From positions 124,001 through 188,000 of the forward strand of contig JAVECO010000007.1 of assembly GCA_051942205.1 (NCBI GenBank): a stretch of 64,000 bases of DNA. Reading direction: 5' to 3'. The notes beneath the pieces are model-generated. The model did no database searches, had not been told where the DNA came from, and worked only from the letters and a program-made list of their open reading frames with translations. This DNA is from Coniocarpon cinnabarinum. Taxonomy: Eukaryota. Shown one piece after another: positions 47,452 through 60,873 of this stretch; position 1 is the stretch's first letter; each line of letters begins with the position of its first letter. The position numbers and the translations under genes are program-made.

Positions 47452-48896
47452 TTTAACTAAGTAGAATTGGATGCGATCAGTCGAGTTGGAAAGACGCAAT
47501 CTAAGGATGTGCTAAATCTTCCGAGATACTTTAAAAAATGACGGACATTCAAGTCAAGAGCCAGCGAATATATAGATTTTCAGCAAGGGAAGCATGTGAG
47601 TCCTGCCTTCTGGCGTTTCCTCGCGTTTACTGAAAACGTGCAACTCCCCCACTCTGCTGTCTTCCCACCGGAAGTGAGTTGAAGGACACAAAATCATGTG
47701 GCCAAACGGAAACCGAAATCGCGATACGAAAGCAGAGACATGAGGCTGAAGGACAACAGGAATGAGATCACGAGAGGTCGACCAGAATACGCGGCAAGCC
47801 AGAAACAACCATGGAAAGAGGCGTAGCAGCAAATTTACATGTTCAGTCCCCGCAGAAGGTCTTGTGACGACATCGAATCTATATCCATCTAATGTTGGTA
47901 TATTGGCCCTCCAAGTTCAGGCTTTCGAATGAGGATTGGGGAAAGCTGACATAGTATTACCACTGTATACCGTTTGATTGCTGCGCAAGGTGACTTCAAG
48001 CAGGGCGCAGATCGAGTTTGCATTTCAGATGGAACCGAATGATCCCGCGAACAACTTCGACCAAAATCCAACAAGCAGTAACAACTCGAGACGCACTCGA
48101 CGACCCAACCCTTGGATTTATTAATCAGAACAGATACAGATGCGGAGAACTTGAATCGGGAACAGGGTCTAGGCAGGTAGAGGTCACCTGTCCCAATGTC
48201 CATATGAATAGAGATGCTGCAGAAAGCTCAGCTCGTCTGAACGCGGCATGAGCGGCACAAATCTGGTTCAGAGTGCCGCTTTAGTATAGGGCAAACCTTT
48301 CCAGCTCGATGCAGCTGTGGAAACAGCGAGAGACTGAAATCGTTACGACGTGGTCTTCCCGATGGCAGTCATGGACTCGCAGACAACACATGGAATGCTA
48401 CCCTTCAAAACATGTTGCTTCGAATTCAGTATTCCGTCGAACAGAAGTGGGGGCGTTGTCATAGGGGCATCAGCGGTAAGAGTGCGAGTAGCAATCACCA
48501 TTTGAAAAGTCGCGTCATCTGTGCTAGAGTCACAACTGCCCAGCGAGTCGACCAGCGCAACTCCGTAGGGAGTAGAGACGATCCTGACGAAGGAGAAAAG
48601 GCAGCCAAATTCTGACGACAGCGCATACGAAGCCCACTGCCAAGCCCCCCGAGACAACTGCCCAAAGAGGAGAATACGATGCCGTCCCGCCTCGCTTCTT
48701 TTCCACACAAAAAAGCATCGTCCCCAATCGCCTTCTCGTCCAACCCACCTTCTCCCCCACTCCTCACTCTTGCCAGTCTCACTTGCGCTCATCAGCTTCT
48801 TCATCTTTGCGAGCCACTTCGAGGCTTGCGAGATCATCAGCAACCCCTTGAGGTCTTTCATCTTCTTTCAGAACTCTTCGTTGCACCTTAGCAGCC

Positions 48897-50400
<1,504 letters not shown>

Positions 50401-50818
50401 GGTAAGCAGGTTCCCCAAGTCTGTCACACGGTGCAAGACTCATTTCCAAATCAGGCACTCCCTCTTCTCCTCGATTCGCTCCCAAACCCCTTGCGCCCAT
50501 CCTCTCAGCACTTTCTTGCCTGCCATTCCCAACATCTCCAGTCATGCGACAAGATGTGGCAGGACCGTCCGAAATGTTCTACAAAACTTCTCTATATTGC
50601 GTAGATGGTACGAGCGTTTCTTTGGTTCAGGGCGGCTGCTGTAAGGCTTGCAATTGCCACGAAGCATAGAAGTCACAACCTTGCTAGGAGTTTCAATGGG
50701 AGAGTCTCACGGTACGATTGATGCAAACGACCAACGACATAGAACGTTGCACAACACGGTCGTCAGTAGCGAAAAACGAGACCTGGTTTCTTGCTCTTTG
50801 ACTTGAGATTCATTCAGG

Positions 50819-51916
50819 CTACCCGTCTTTCACATTCCTTGTGACTTTTGCATGTCGTAATGCCTTCCGTCTCCTTCGTTTGTCCTCCCATACCTGCCAT
50901 CCAATCTCGACAAGGTCCTCTTCGCATACCAAGTCCCTCACGCGCATACTCCTCACGAGCGTGAGATCTAGCGTCCATTCCACCCATCCCGTCCTCCGCA
51001 GCCACTCAGTCACGCAGAACCAGAATGCGGCAAACACGCTACCCGCTGCGAATCCCGCAAGTACCTGTTTCAGCGTATGGTATTGCAAATACACCCGCGA
51101 CCCAGCGACTACGACTGCCATTACAAGCCCCGCGACTGTCAGCGCCGTGTGCGTCAGCTTTGGATGATGCAGCTGTATACTGTAAGCCGGCGAGGCGGCC
51201 TCTTCACTGTGAATTTCACCGTTTGTTTTCATTTCCCCGTTCATGAGCGCGGACACGGTCGGATCCAGCGGTCTCTCGACGCCGTTGATCACGACGCTGG
51301 CTTTTCGTTTTCTCGTCTTTGCCCTGCTCTGTCCCTCCTCGCGGCCTGCATCTCCTTCACGCTCGCTCTCACTCCTCGCATCGCCCTTTTTACTCCCCTC
51401 CCTCTTCCCCTTCCGCCTCCTGTTCTCCGCGCTTTTCTCACTTCCAGACGTCCGATCCCTTTGCTCCTCGACCACCCGCACGCTCGGCACGTGCCTCACC
51501 ACCAAAAAAAGAGCTGCGTATATCGCAAAGAAACTCACAAACTGCGCGTGACTGCTCGGCATGCCGTAGCCCCTGTGCAACTCGCGCATCAAAGCGGGTC
51601 GGAGCTCTTTGAACCAGCGTTTGAGTAGGACGTTGAGGGCTTCGCAGCCGAGTTGGCCGGCGAACATGAGGGCGATTTCGATTTCGCGGGTTGTGTACAG
51701 GGTGGTGAGGTAGACGGCGAAGAGGAGTTGGGGGGTGAGCGTTAGGTAGGCTAGGGTGTGAGAGAGGAGGTCATCTGGGTTCTATGGGTTGTTAGAGATT
51801 TGAGTTCTCGTATGGGGTTTGGGGGGTTGTAATGGGTAGTGGTGTAGAGGACGTACGTAGTAGACGTTTGTGAGGGAGAGGGCGACGAGGTTGTTAGGGG
51901 CGTTGACCGCCGCCAT
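50819..51916 (-). CDS. CAX4: Dolichyl pyrophosphate phosphatase (PAP2 family); intron 51782-51856
   Basis: LSLTNVYY|NPDD, REIEIALMFAGQLGCEALN, KRWFKELRP, YGMPSSHAQF, SRVYLQYHTLKQV. Confidence 0.92.
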
Positions 51917-52216
51917 GTTGAGTGTGTCTCTTGGGAAGACACGGCCGTTCTGTGGTTCAACTCATGACAAACGGTTGGTTTCCGCAGGACGGAGCAGTGA
52001 GGAAGGATTCATGAAGCTGTCATCCGGAAACACGTGGTGACACGCGAGGCAAGCCCTAGAGAATTGGGGCAGGGGCCCGTTTTGGTGGAGAGAAGGCGCT
52101 AATTTTAGCGCCATCCCGGGGCTTCTTCAAGTTGCGTTGTTCCCATGTCATAGTTCCATGACTGTTGAGAGCAGCTCAAGGCGATTCTTTCTCGAGTTCT
52201 CACAAGGTTGATTCTC

Positions 52217-52798
52217 ATGGCTGCCCATGGCGCGAATGCTGGGCCAGTCGAGACTACAGAAACGCCGTTTCCCGTCCGCAGCAGAAATGCTGCAGCTGTG
52301 GTGGATGGCACGCGCACGGAGATCAGTTGCATGATGTTTGCGGATAAGATCTTTCTAACCATTGCACAGGAAGGCAGACTGGCTCATTGGGTAAGCCGAT
52401 CCACTTGGATTTCTATCTCAGCATTCTGATGTATTTCCGTGGCTGCTAACATCAGCCCCAAGGTCCACGTCCCACTCCGCTCGTACTCGCCCTCTCATTC
52501 AGACCGCCGCGTTCCCACGGCCGCATCATGCGACATGGACAGTGCCGAGACGGACTTTGAAGGTTCGCAGTTGCTGCCTCTTTCCAATCTGACTGCGACG
52601 ACGATCTTGGGCGCCAGTGGTACTGAGCGGGATACCCTTGGTCAACTGTTTGCAACGCAGATTGCGAGTGCCATGACGGCGAAGACGCCAGAAGAAGAAC
52701 GTTTGCTGGTGCTTGGTCTGGGTTTGAAAAAGAAGGAGCTCGAGCGGGAGGCTTTTCTAAAGATACTGGAAGGCTCCTTGAGGGTGCTCGGCGTGTGA
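52217..52798 (+). CDS. Proteasome assembly chaperone 3 (PAC3/PSMG3)-like; intron 52391-52462
   Basis: FADKIFLTIAQEGRLAHW|VHVPL, LTATTILG, GQLFATQIAS, RLLVLGLGL. Confidence 0.75.
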
Positions 52799-52934
52799 AT
52801 TGGCATAACACAGACCTCGCCTCTTCAATTCATCTTTCCAAATAGCGCCATGGTGCTGCGTTCGGAACGAGGCTTGACAGTGCCCATTGCTTGGAAGAAG
52901 TCTAAGCACATTGAAAACCAGGATCAGTGGATAC

Positions 52935-53594
52935 TCAGTCGCCATTCATGGCGTCCTCTCTCATCTTAGTAATGACGGCATCGACGGCATCCATGTCATT
53001 CGGGTCCAGATTCGCAGAATTTGGAACGTATCCGCTAGGGAGGGCTTTGATGAGCGCCTCAAAGCCCGGGCGGTAATTCCTCACCTCACTACTCAAGGCC
53101 AGGACAGCCTTCTTGCGAACGCTCTTGTCCCTGTCTTTCTGAGCGAGCTCGACCAGCTTCGGGACTGCATCCAACACCAGTGCACGTTCCTGCCCTTGCT
53201 GATTATTGGAGACAGCCGTCGCGACGCACCAGGCCGCGAACGAGCGCATCTGTGGCTCCGGAGCCTCGAGTTGCCCGACCAGAGGCATCCATAGGCCCAA
53301 GGACTCCATGTTGTTGGCATTATCGATGTTTTCGATGAGTTGCTCAAAATTATCAAACGCAATCTCCTTATTTGCGAGATCGACATCCGGACTTTGGATC
53401 GCGGCCATTGACTCCTTCATTCGATCGGCATCTGACGGACCACCCATAAGCTCAGCCAGCGCCTCTGGATTCAGACCTCGATTAGGGTCGCGCTCTGCTT
53501 GGGGTTCATCTTGTGACGTGGCATCTTGTCTGGATGTTTCAGAGTTCCGTATCGACCACTTGAGAAGAGAGTTTAGGCCTGGATTGTCACTCAT
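52935..53594 (-). CDS. FES1: Hsp70 nucleotide exchange factor
   Basis: LNSLLKWSI, GPSDADRMKESM, AFDNFEQLIENIDNANN, VRKKAVLALSSEVRNY. Confidence 0.95.
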   Translation of the reverse strand: MSDNPGLNSLLKWSIRNSETSRQDATSQDEPQAERDPNRGLNPEALAELMGGPSDADRMKESMAAIQSPDVDLANKEIAFDNFEQLIENIDNANNMESLGLWMPLVGQLEAPEPQMRSFAAWCVATAVSNNQQGQERALVLDAVPKLVELAQKDRDKSVRKKAVLALSSEVRNYRPGFEALIKALPSGYVPNSANLDPNDMDAVDAVITKMREDAMNGD

Positions 53595-54057
53595 TGTAAG
53601 GCGTGCAGTGGATATAGGTAGATTTGTTTTTCCAACAGCAATTCAAACAGTTTCGTGTGACGATCAACGAGTTGGAAATGAAAACTGTATTGGATTTTCT
53701 TTCTTTGAAGTATCATCATTATATGCACGCCTATTGAACCTGCAGGAAGCCAGTGGAAGCCTCACGCAATTTCAAGCCATTTCAAAACCTGACAGGGTAA
53801 ATACCCGCTGCCGTGTTTTTGCCTTGCAAATCACACCTAGTCTCTGATCAAGACACAATCGGGTCGTCACAACATCGTCAATTTCAGACGCCGTCTATTG
53901 AGTCGCGAGATAACATTTAGGATGATCCGCATCTTCAGACGGTCAAAGGATGACGTAGGTGGGGATGCTGAGTAGAACGGCAAAGTTCTTCTGTTCATCA
54001 CCCTGCTGGCCCTTTTCTCGATGCGAACCGACTAGGTACTTTTGCACGGTTGATGAG

Positions 54058-54699
54058 ATGTCCGCCAGCGCGTCAGCGTTCTCGTTAGACAGCGCTTCCA
54101 CGGCTTTCGGCTCAACTTTATCATCAACACTAGTTCCGAAGCGGGGTGAGGACAGTGCATCATCGTTCAAATACACAACACACTACTCGTTTCCGCCTTT
54201 CTTTGATCTACAGCCCAACCTAGCGACGCGCGCATCACAGTTGAAAGAATGGTCGGAGCTCATCCTGTCATACTGTGCTTTTCACCGCATCTATCGCTTT
54301 ACTCCGTCGCATCCTCTCTTCCACAATGCTGCTATCAATAGACGCATGCAGCTTGGAAACGCGAAAGTCGTATTGCAGTATGTCGTAGACCAGGGTCGCG
54401 CTGAATGGATTGCCTCCCTGAATAAAAGAGACAAAGACAGCAATATGGAAGAGGCTTGGATTTGGTGGAAGAGCCCTGAGGAGTGGGCACAGTGCATTGG
54501 CGATTGGGTGCAGGAGACTGGCCAACGCAACACTGTGCTGACGTTCTATGAGCTACTCGAAGGCGAGGCAACGAGCCGCGAGGAGTTTCATAACCTTCCT
54601 GTCGAAATGGCGAGAAGATCCATTGGTATTCTTGTCAAACGTGGCAAAGCAAACATTTTCGGCGAAGGCGAAGGCCTCGGTGTGAAGTTCTTCTTCTGA
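54058..54699 (+). CDS. VPS25: ESCRT-II subunit
   Basis: YSFPPFFDLQPNLATRASQL..W, WKSPEEWA, NTVLTFYEL, terminal GVKFF. Confidence 0.95.
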   Translation: MSASASAFSLDSASTAFGSTLSSTLVPKRGEDSASSFKYTTHYSFPPFFDLQPNLATRASQLKEWSELILSYCAFHRIYRFTPSHPLFHNAAINRRMQLGNAKVVLQYVVDQGRAEWIASLNKRDKDSNMEEAWIWWKSPEEWAQCIGDWVQETGQRNTVLTFYELLEGEATSREEFHNLPVEMARRSIGILVKRGKANIFGEGEGLGVKFFF

Positions 54700-55053
54700 G
54701 ACAATCCCACTTCCTGTAGCAAATGGGTTTCTAACGTAAGGGGCACTTGCCTCGCACAATGTGGCGTTGACGGCCATGGACGGCTTCTTACTGGTCGCCA
54801 AGGGCCTTGTCTTCGGTGTGGCCACAATAGACACTGTGTTTACACTGCACTGATGCTTCATAAGTAAAGACCGTCTCTCGCATCATTCACCGTCTCAAGA
54901 AAGACATAAAGAAGAGACCTGCGCACTATTGGTACACCTATGAATAAACCACACTAAACAGTCATCGACCGACACATTTATCGCTGAAACGAGCCCATCC
55001 GCACCTGAACGCACAAAAGCCAGCCATCCCCAACCCAGTCTGAAGCATTTCGA

Positions 55054-55314
55054 ATGAGTTCTCAATTGCAGAAGATCGAGCCAAAACAATCCAACGACAT
55101 GGGATTGTCTCCGGAAATGGAATTGGAAGCCTTGAAGATTTACGACGGCGGACACAGAGGAGAATCCGACATAGTGCACTTCCTCTGGAGGCTGTTCAGT
55201 GTCGAAGTCCCGGAGCAGCTCGTTTATGATCTGCTTGTCAGGGAAGGGAGATACAAAGTCACCATTGAGAATGGTATTAAGACAATACATGTTTTGCAGT
55301 CCACCGATGACTAG
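55054..55314 (+). CDS. Hypothetical 86-aa protein with an HTH-like pattern
   Basis: Isolated ORF with globular composition between VPS25 and RTT107; no independent support. Confidence 0.4.
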   Translation: MSSQLQKIEPKQSNDMGLSPEMELEALKIYDGGHRGESDIVHFLWRLFSVEVPEQLVYDLLVREGRYKVTIENGIKTIHVLQSTDD

Positions 55315-55629
55315 GTAGGTAGTTCATCAATGACAAGACATCATTCCTTCGTAATTCGCCGTACCTGGCTGTCATAATTTGGATGCTGACTTTCTTCCTA
55401 CACTGAATTATCTTGAACGTTGTATTCATGGATGTGCCTGACGGTTTTCATCGAGATGATTTTGCTCCGCAAGAGTCGTGATACAGCTTGCTTGCTGGCA
55501 CAACATATAGTGCACTGTAAAGCGCTTGGGTCTTTGTCTTTAAGTCAACAGCTCAAAATCCCGAGGTTTGTTGAAAGTTTCGGTGACGTCTTTTTCCAAT
55601 GATCTTTGCTGTATTTGTATCACGTGACG

Positions 55630-55674
55630 TCGCGAATCCGTAAGCGCACCTTGACGCGTTCACGACAGTCGCGT
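55630..55674. promoter_or_regulatory. MCB-like boxes upstream of RTT107
   Basis: ACGCGT at 55654 flanked by TCGCGA (55630) and TCGCGT (55669), about 120-160 nt before the ATG of a DNA-repair gene. Confidence 0.55.
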
Positions 55675-55792
55675 AAAGCGCGGCTTCCTGTTGCTTCTTG
55701 AGCAACCAGACTTTACACCTTTATTATCCATTCACACAGCTCTATACAGACCTCGCAACAATGAGGAGAAGGGATGCTTGACTTCATATGCA

Positions 55793-58354
55793 ATGGCTGA
55801 GCCTCCGCATGCAAACCCTATCTTTGACGGCGTCTTCTTTGCGATCATCCGCGGGGGCGCCATTGACGACGAAAGGGAAACTGAGGTATGTTGCACTCCT
55901 TCAACTGCCAAAACTGTTCTGACACTCTCGCAGCTAAAGTCGAAGCTCACTGACAATGGGGCGATTGAATGCCCACTATCATCAGAGAAATTAAAGAACA
56001 TCACTCACCTAATCGCAGACAACGCAGAGTTCCCTGCCTTTCGGGACGCCGTTGATGCTTACATTCACGTTGTTCGGCCATCTTGGGTGGACCAGTCACT
56101 TTGGAAGAAAAGAATATCGAATCCTAGGCAGTTCTCCCCTGATCCTGCGTACTTCCTTGTGGATGCCAATGTGGTCATTGCAGAGGACATACCACCTCAC
56201 GACAGAGAATGTCTGGTTGGCGGCATACTCGCGATGGGCGGCCAATATTCAACGGTCATGACGAAGTTGGTTACCCATGTCATTGCGTTGACAATGGAGA
56301 ATCCACAGTGTCAGATCATCGCGGACAAGAGTTTGCGCTCACTGCCAGTGCTTCCTCATTGGCTCGACCATTGCTTTCTTCTGGGACGTCGAATCAAAGA
56401 AACACCTTACCTCCTACCGGAACCACCAATACTGGATTACGATCGCGAGGGAACGCTGAAGTATCTAAAAGCGGAGAACCGTGCCGGTGAATCAAACATC
56501 CAAGGAGCAGTCATGCTCGAAGCACGACCTTTGCAAATTCCTGAACCAGTCTCGCCAAGCAAATCACGCAAACAGTTGACAGTCTTCCGTAACCATGCGG
56601 TCTTGCTCGGAGAGGACCTTACTCTCAATGCAAGCTTTCGCAATACCCTCACGGAAATCATAGAGAATGGTGGCGGACAAGTCGTGCGTTCTCGTGAAGA
56701 CGCTGATACGATCATCGTCTCTACGCGGCGAGGTCTCAACTTTCAACATGCAATTGAGCATCGCAAGGATGTCGGAAGTCTCAATTGGCTTTATCACCTC
56801 ATCAATACCAATACGTGGACTGATCCCTTGCGTAAATTACTGCACTATCCTGTACCGTATCTAGGGATTGGAGGCTTCAACAACTTTAAAATCAGTGTCT
56901 CGAACTACGCTGGGGACGCAAGAATCTACCTCGAGAGCCTTATCAAGGCAGCCGGATGCACGTTCACAAAGACTCTCACGCAAGAAAATACCCACCTAAT
57001 CACGGCTCACACATTTAGCGATAAAGTCGACGCAGCTCGCGAATGGGACATCAATGTTGTCAACCATCTTTGGCTGGAGGAGTCGTACGGTGGCTGGACG
57101 ATCAAGAGTGTTTCGGAACCTAAATACACCACATTTCCGGGAAGAACCCACCTCAGCGAAATCGTCGGTCAGACACCAATCGATCTACGGGAGGTAGAAA
57201 AATTCATTTTCCCACATCGCGAGCCCAGGCCAACTCGGGCTGGGCGTCCTGAACCTCTTGAGCCAAGCAGCAGCAATGTTCAAAGCCCATTTCATACCCC
57301 AGCCACGGCTGACAACGCGGGTCGTGTCGAGCAGGGAACCCCTAACCCAGCAAACACGAGTGATAAGGAGAACGCCGAATCTGGCGGCCGTGGCGCCAAG
57401 AACCGAGCTCTCAATAAGTTGCACTCCATGGCCCCAGACATCGCCCTTTTCCACAAGGAAATGAAGCGAAAGGGTGGTGTAATTCATGGCGGCCGGATAG
57501 CCAGTGATCCTGCTCGGAATCGTGAGGTGGCGGCAGCATCCGGCTTAAAACGCCACAGGAGCGCAGACAATGAGGACAAGGTCGCTAGCGACGTGAGCCG
57601 GGGCGTTCAAAACACTCCAACCAACAAGCGGAAGAAGTCGACACCGCCATCAGACAAATTGCACATCATGGTGACAAGCGGTGACAGATTTGCTTTCACT
57701 GCCGATAAGAGTCGAAAACTTCGCGCTTTAGGCCTAGTAGAGGTAGATGACCCCGATAAATCATCCAAAATCGATGTACTGGTGTCACACAAGATACTCA
57801 AGACACCCAAGTTCTTTGCAGCCGTGGCAGCAGGTGCGGAGATTGTGGCTCCAGGTTGGATCGACGCAACACTTGAAAGAAAAGAAGCTGTGGGGACTGA
57901 CCGCTGGATACTCAAAGATCCTGATGCTGAAAAAGATCACAACTTCGTCCTGCAGGACGCTCTGTCCAGAGCACGCACCAACAAGGCACATGATGGTTTG
58001 TTTTATGGGATGACAATCTACTGCACCGACAACGTACAACACGGCATTGACCCATGGCAAAAGATGGTGGAATGGAATGGGGGCAAGTGCTTGCCCTACA
58101 GGGGGCGGGATCCGAGGCTTGCTCCAGCGGGCGCTGATGCTGATCCCGAGCCATCGAAACAGCCGTCTTTGTACCTCATCACGGTTGCCAAAGACGATCG
58201 ATACTGGAACAAATTCCGGAAGACAGCGACCGAGTCTGGCTATCGCCCGGCCTTGGTTACCCACGAGTGGCTGATCCGGGTGTGTATGACGCAAGACTTG
58301 AGCGTCTGGGACCCTGCGTGGGATCTGCAGGCAAGTAAGACAGAAGTAGCTTAA
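55793..58354 (+). CDS. RTT107: Multi-BRCT DNA-damage scaffold (Rtt107/Brc1); intron 55886-55933
   Basis: Four N-terminal BRCT repeats (FSPDP, THVI, PHWLDHC, LLHYP, ISVSNYAGDARIYL, NTHLI, NHLWLEESY) and a C-terminal pair (KTPKFFAAV...EWL). Confidence 0.88.
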   Translation: MAEPPHANPIFDGVFFAIIRGGAIDDERETEVCCTPSTAKTVLTLSQLKSKLTDNGAIECPLSSEKLKNITHLIADNAEFPAFRDAVDAYIHVVRPSWVDQSLWKKRISNPRQFSPDPAYFLVDANVVIAEDIPPHDRECLVGGILAMGGQYSTVMTKLVTHVIALTMENPQCQIIADKSLRSLPVLPHWLDHCFLLGRRIKETPYLLPEPPILDYDREGTLKYLKAENRAGESNIQGAVMLEARPLQIPEPVSPSKSRKQLTVFRNHAVLLGEDLTLNASFRNTLTEIIENGGGQVVRSREDADTIIVSTRRGLNFQHAIEHRKDVGSLNWLYHLINTNTWTDPLRKLLHYPVPYLGIGGFNNFKISVSNYAGDARIYLESLIKAAGCTFTKTLTQENTHLITAHTFSDKVDAAREWDINVVNHLWLEESYGGWTIKSVSEPKYTTFPGRTHLSEIVGQTPIDLREVEKFIFPHREPRPTRAGRPEPLEPSSSNVQSPFHTPATADNAGRVEQGTPNPANTSDKENAESGGRGAKNRALNKLHSMAPDIALFHKEMKRKGGVIHGGRIASDPARNREVAAASGLKRHRSADNEDKVASDVSRGVQNTPTNKRKKSTPPSDKLHIMVTSGDRFAFTADKSRKLRALGLVEVDDPDKSSKIDVLVSHKILKTPKFFAAVAAGAEIVAPGWIDATLERKEAVGTDRWILKDPDAEKDHNFVLQDALSRARTNKAHDGLFYGMTIYCTDNVQHGIDPWQKMVEWNGGKCLPYRGRDPRLAPAGADADPEPSKQPSLYLITVAKDDRYWNKFRKTATESGYRPALVTHEWLIRVCMTQDLSVWDPAWDLQASKTEVA

Positions 58355-59853
58355 TTGATACTGATTACTCTTTTCGAGACCATAAATACCTGTGATTGCA
58401 TGACGCTCTAGAACACGATCACGAAGATGTCAGACATTAACGATTCTGAATTACAAATTAGTAACGGCTGCTCTGAAAGACATGAGCTGACGACGTTGTT
58501 CGTGCTCAGTTTCATGGCAAATTCCAGAAGGCGCTAGGGCCGGGAAAACGGCAGCTCTTGTGAATACGTTGTGTTTATGGAGGCAGCATGACTCTGTTCC
58601 GCGGGTTTGCGGGGCGACGACTGCTGAACGAGCAGTTGTTCTGCCCAACGCACACAGCTTATTGGCGACTAAGAAAGAGCATTGCGCGGATGCTATTGGT
58701 ATCCCGTACACGTGGGCGCATGGACTCCAAACGACAAAAGGATTTACCGCACCGTCTTCGGATTAGTCTGCTGTCTAAAATTAAGAACACTGCAGGAGAC
58801 GCGGCCGTCTAATTTGCAGGAGATGCAGACGGCCATATAACCACCGCGCCGAAACAATGTGAGTTGTTCTCACGCCGTTGGCGAGTCAAGGGGCAGCGAT
58901 GCGCCAGGTGCAGGAAGTCGATGCAAGGACAGATGAAAGGGGGGTCTGCGTGGCAGGGAGCTTGCAGAGACAAGGTCTGCTCACGGGTCCGAGCGATGGC
59001 GCAGAGACAGGAGAGCGCAGGCCGCGAGCCCACAGCCGTATAACAAAGGATGAGGTCGACGTGTTATAGCGAGGTGTGGCTAGGTGTGGCTGGTGAGAAA
59101 AAGGACGCTAGCCTCGCCCTTCTGGGTTGCAAGTCCGAGTCAGGGAGTCATGCACTTGCAGCCCCCAAACCTCACCTTTCCTTTTCCTCCTACTCCCGTC
59201 CCCTTCCCGTCCATGACTCCAAAGCCCGGTACTGCTGAAGTACTCGCAGCTGAGCCTGCCAAAAGTCCATTGACGTTCTGCGGTTGGTTCGCCGGCGCTC
59301 AAATTGCTCATCAGCTAAGCGCGAACTAGCCCCGTCATCATGGCTCGTCGACGTCGATGCTGCTGCCCGTTGCGCCTATCTCACTGACACCCGCGCGGTC
59401 TTTGTGCGCGTCTGCCGTCATTGCAACCCTCCACGCTCTGATTCCGCGATCTCTGAGCTGGAGTCGCGGCTTTGAAAGTTACAGGCCTCGACAGCCCTTG
59501 CTGCAGCTTTGCTTCAGTTGACGCAACAGTAGAAGACACAGGTTGGTCGCGGCGCCGTGATCCAGCGCGATGCCTTCTCCGCCGTAGCAAGCTACTGCAA
59601 AATGTGATATCAGATTCACCGCACCCTAAACGCGTCCGTTCACAGTGCGTTTCATTGCTGAATGCGACCGCTTTTGATTCTTTCTGTTGCTTCCACCCCG
59701 TCGTCCCTCATCATTTATAAGACATCACCTCCGGCATCACATGGCATCGGCTCTTGACTCTCATGCTCAAATCACCTTTCTTGAGTCATCTTCACCGTCC
59801 ACGTCATCGCATTTGTCACAGGCATCACTAGCTGCTGGCGCTCCCAGCACGTT

Positions 59854-60873
59854 ATGCATGGAGGAAACTCCCATCGTGCAACAGATAGTGACGAACATAC
59901 TCAGCAACAGCAACCAACCACTGCTCATCCGACCGCTGCCTATCCAACCAACATGAATATCAACATGGCGCAATGGCAAGATCCAGCAGCCTTCTATGCC
60001 TCAGCGCATCCACCAGGCTACATTGGCGAACCAGACATGGCTCCTCCCTTTCCCGAGGGTCCTGCTTACGAACCAGACATGAGTTGGATGCAGCGGTTTT
60101 CTGTACATGAGATTCCACCGCGTGGACTTTTGCATGTAGGCGTAAGCTGACGTACCTGTCAGGATCAGACTGGAGACATCACTCATCAGGGTGTTGGAGC
60201 CTTCCCACCTCACCACCACTATGCCACAGCGATGCAAAGTAGCTCGCCATCCCCTGCGCCTGGTGATCCACAAGCGTCGGCAATGTTGACATCACAGCGA
60301 GCGTATGCGGATGCGACGGATGAATCACCTGGCGATGAACGAGCATCATACGGCTCTGATGAACCCGGTCAACCGGGCTCAGCATCTGCGACAGCTGCAA
60401 GTGCCGATATATCGCGAAGATCCACACCATCTGCGCGGTACTCCTCTCGTCCAAGGCTCGAGGAAGAGAACAGATTTCTATTGGAGTTACGTGATCGCCA
60501 ACGTCTACCTTGGCGAGAAGTTACCAACCGCTTCGAGCAGCGTTACGGTCGAGAGTACCGGATGCCTACCCTTCAAATGCGCTACGGTCGACTACGTCAG
60601 GCCAGCCAAGCCAGTCGAACCCGTCACTGGTCGGACATGGACACTGAGGCGCTGCGACAGGCCTGGCAGTGGTATATGGAGGAGCGATGGCGAATCATAT
60701 CCGAGAGGGTAAGTGTCCGATGGTGATTTGCCCGGCCAACAGATCAAGTAGGGACTGACGTTGTGCAGATGCAACATTTTGGTGCCACAGAGCAGTGGTC
60801 GGCTGAGGAGTGTGAACTAGCATACAACCGGCTAGCAGCTGGCAACAGACCTTACGGTGGTCCAGGGACTTGA
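59854..60873 (+). CDS. Protein with two tandem Myb/HTH-like domains; introns 60103-60162 and 60709-60768
   Basis: Both introns are phase 0 and restore one frame; EEENRFLLELRD..LPWREV..F..TLQMRYGRL and WSDMDTEAL..RWRIISERM..WSAEECELAYNRL. Confidence 0.7.
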
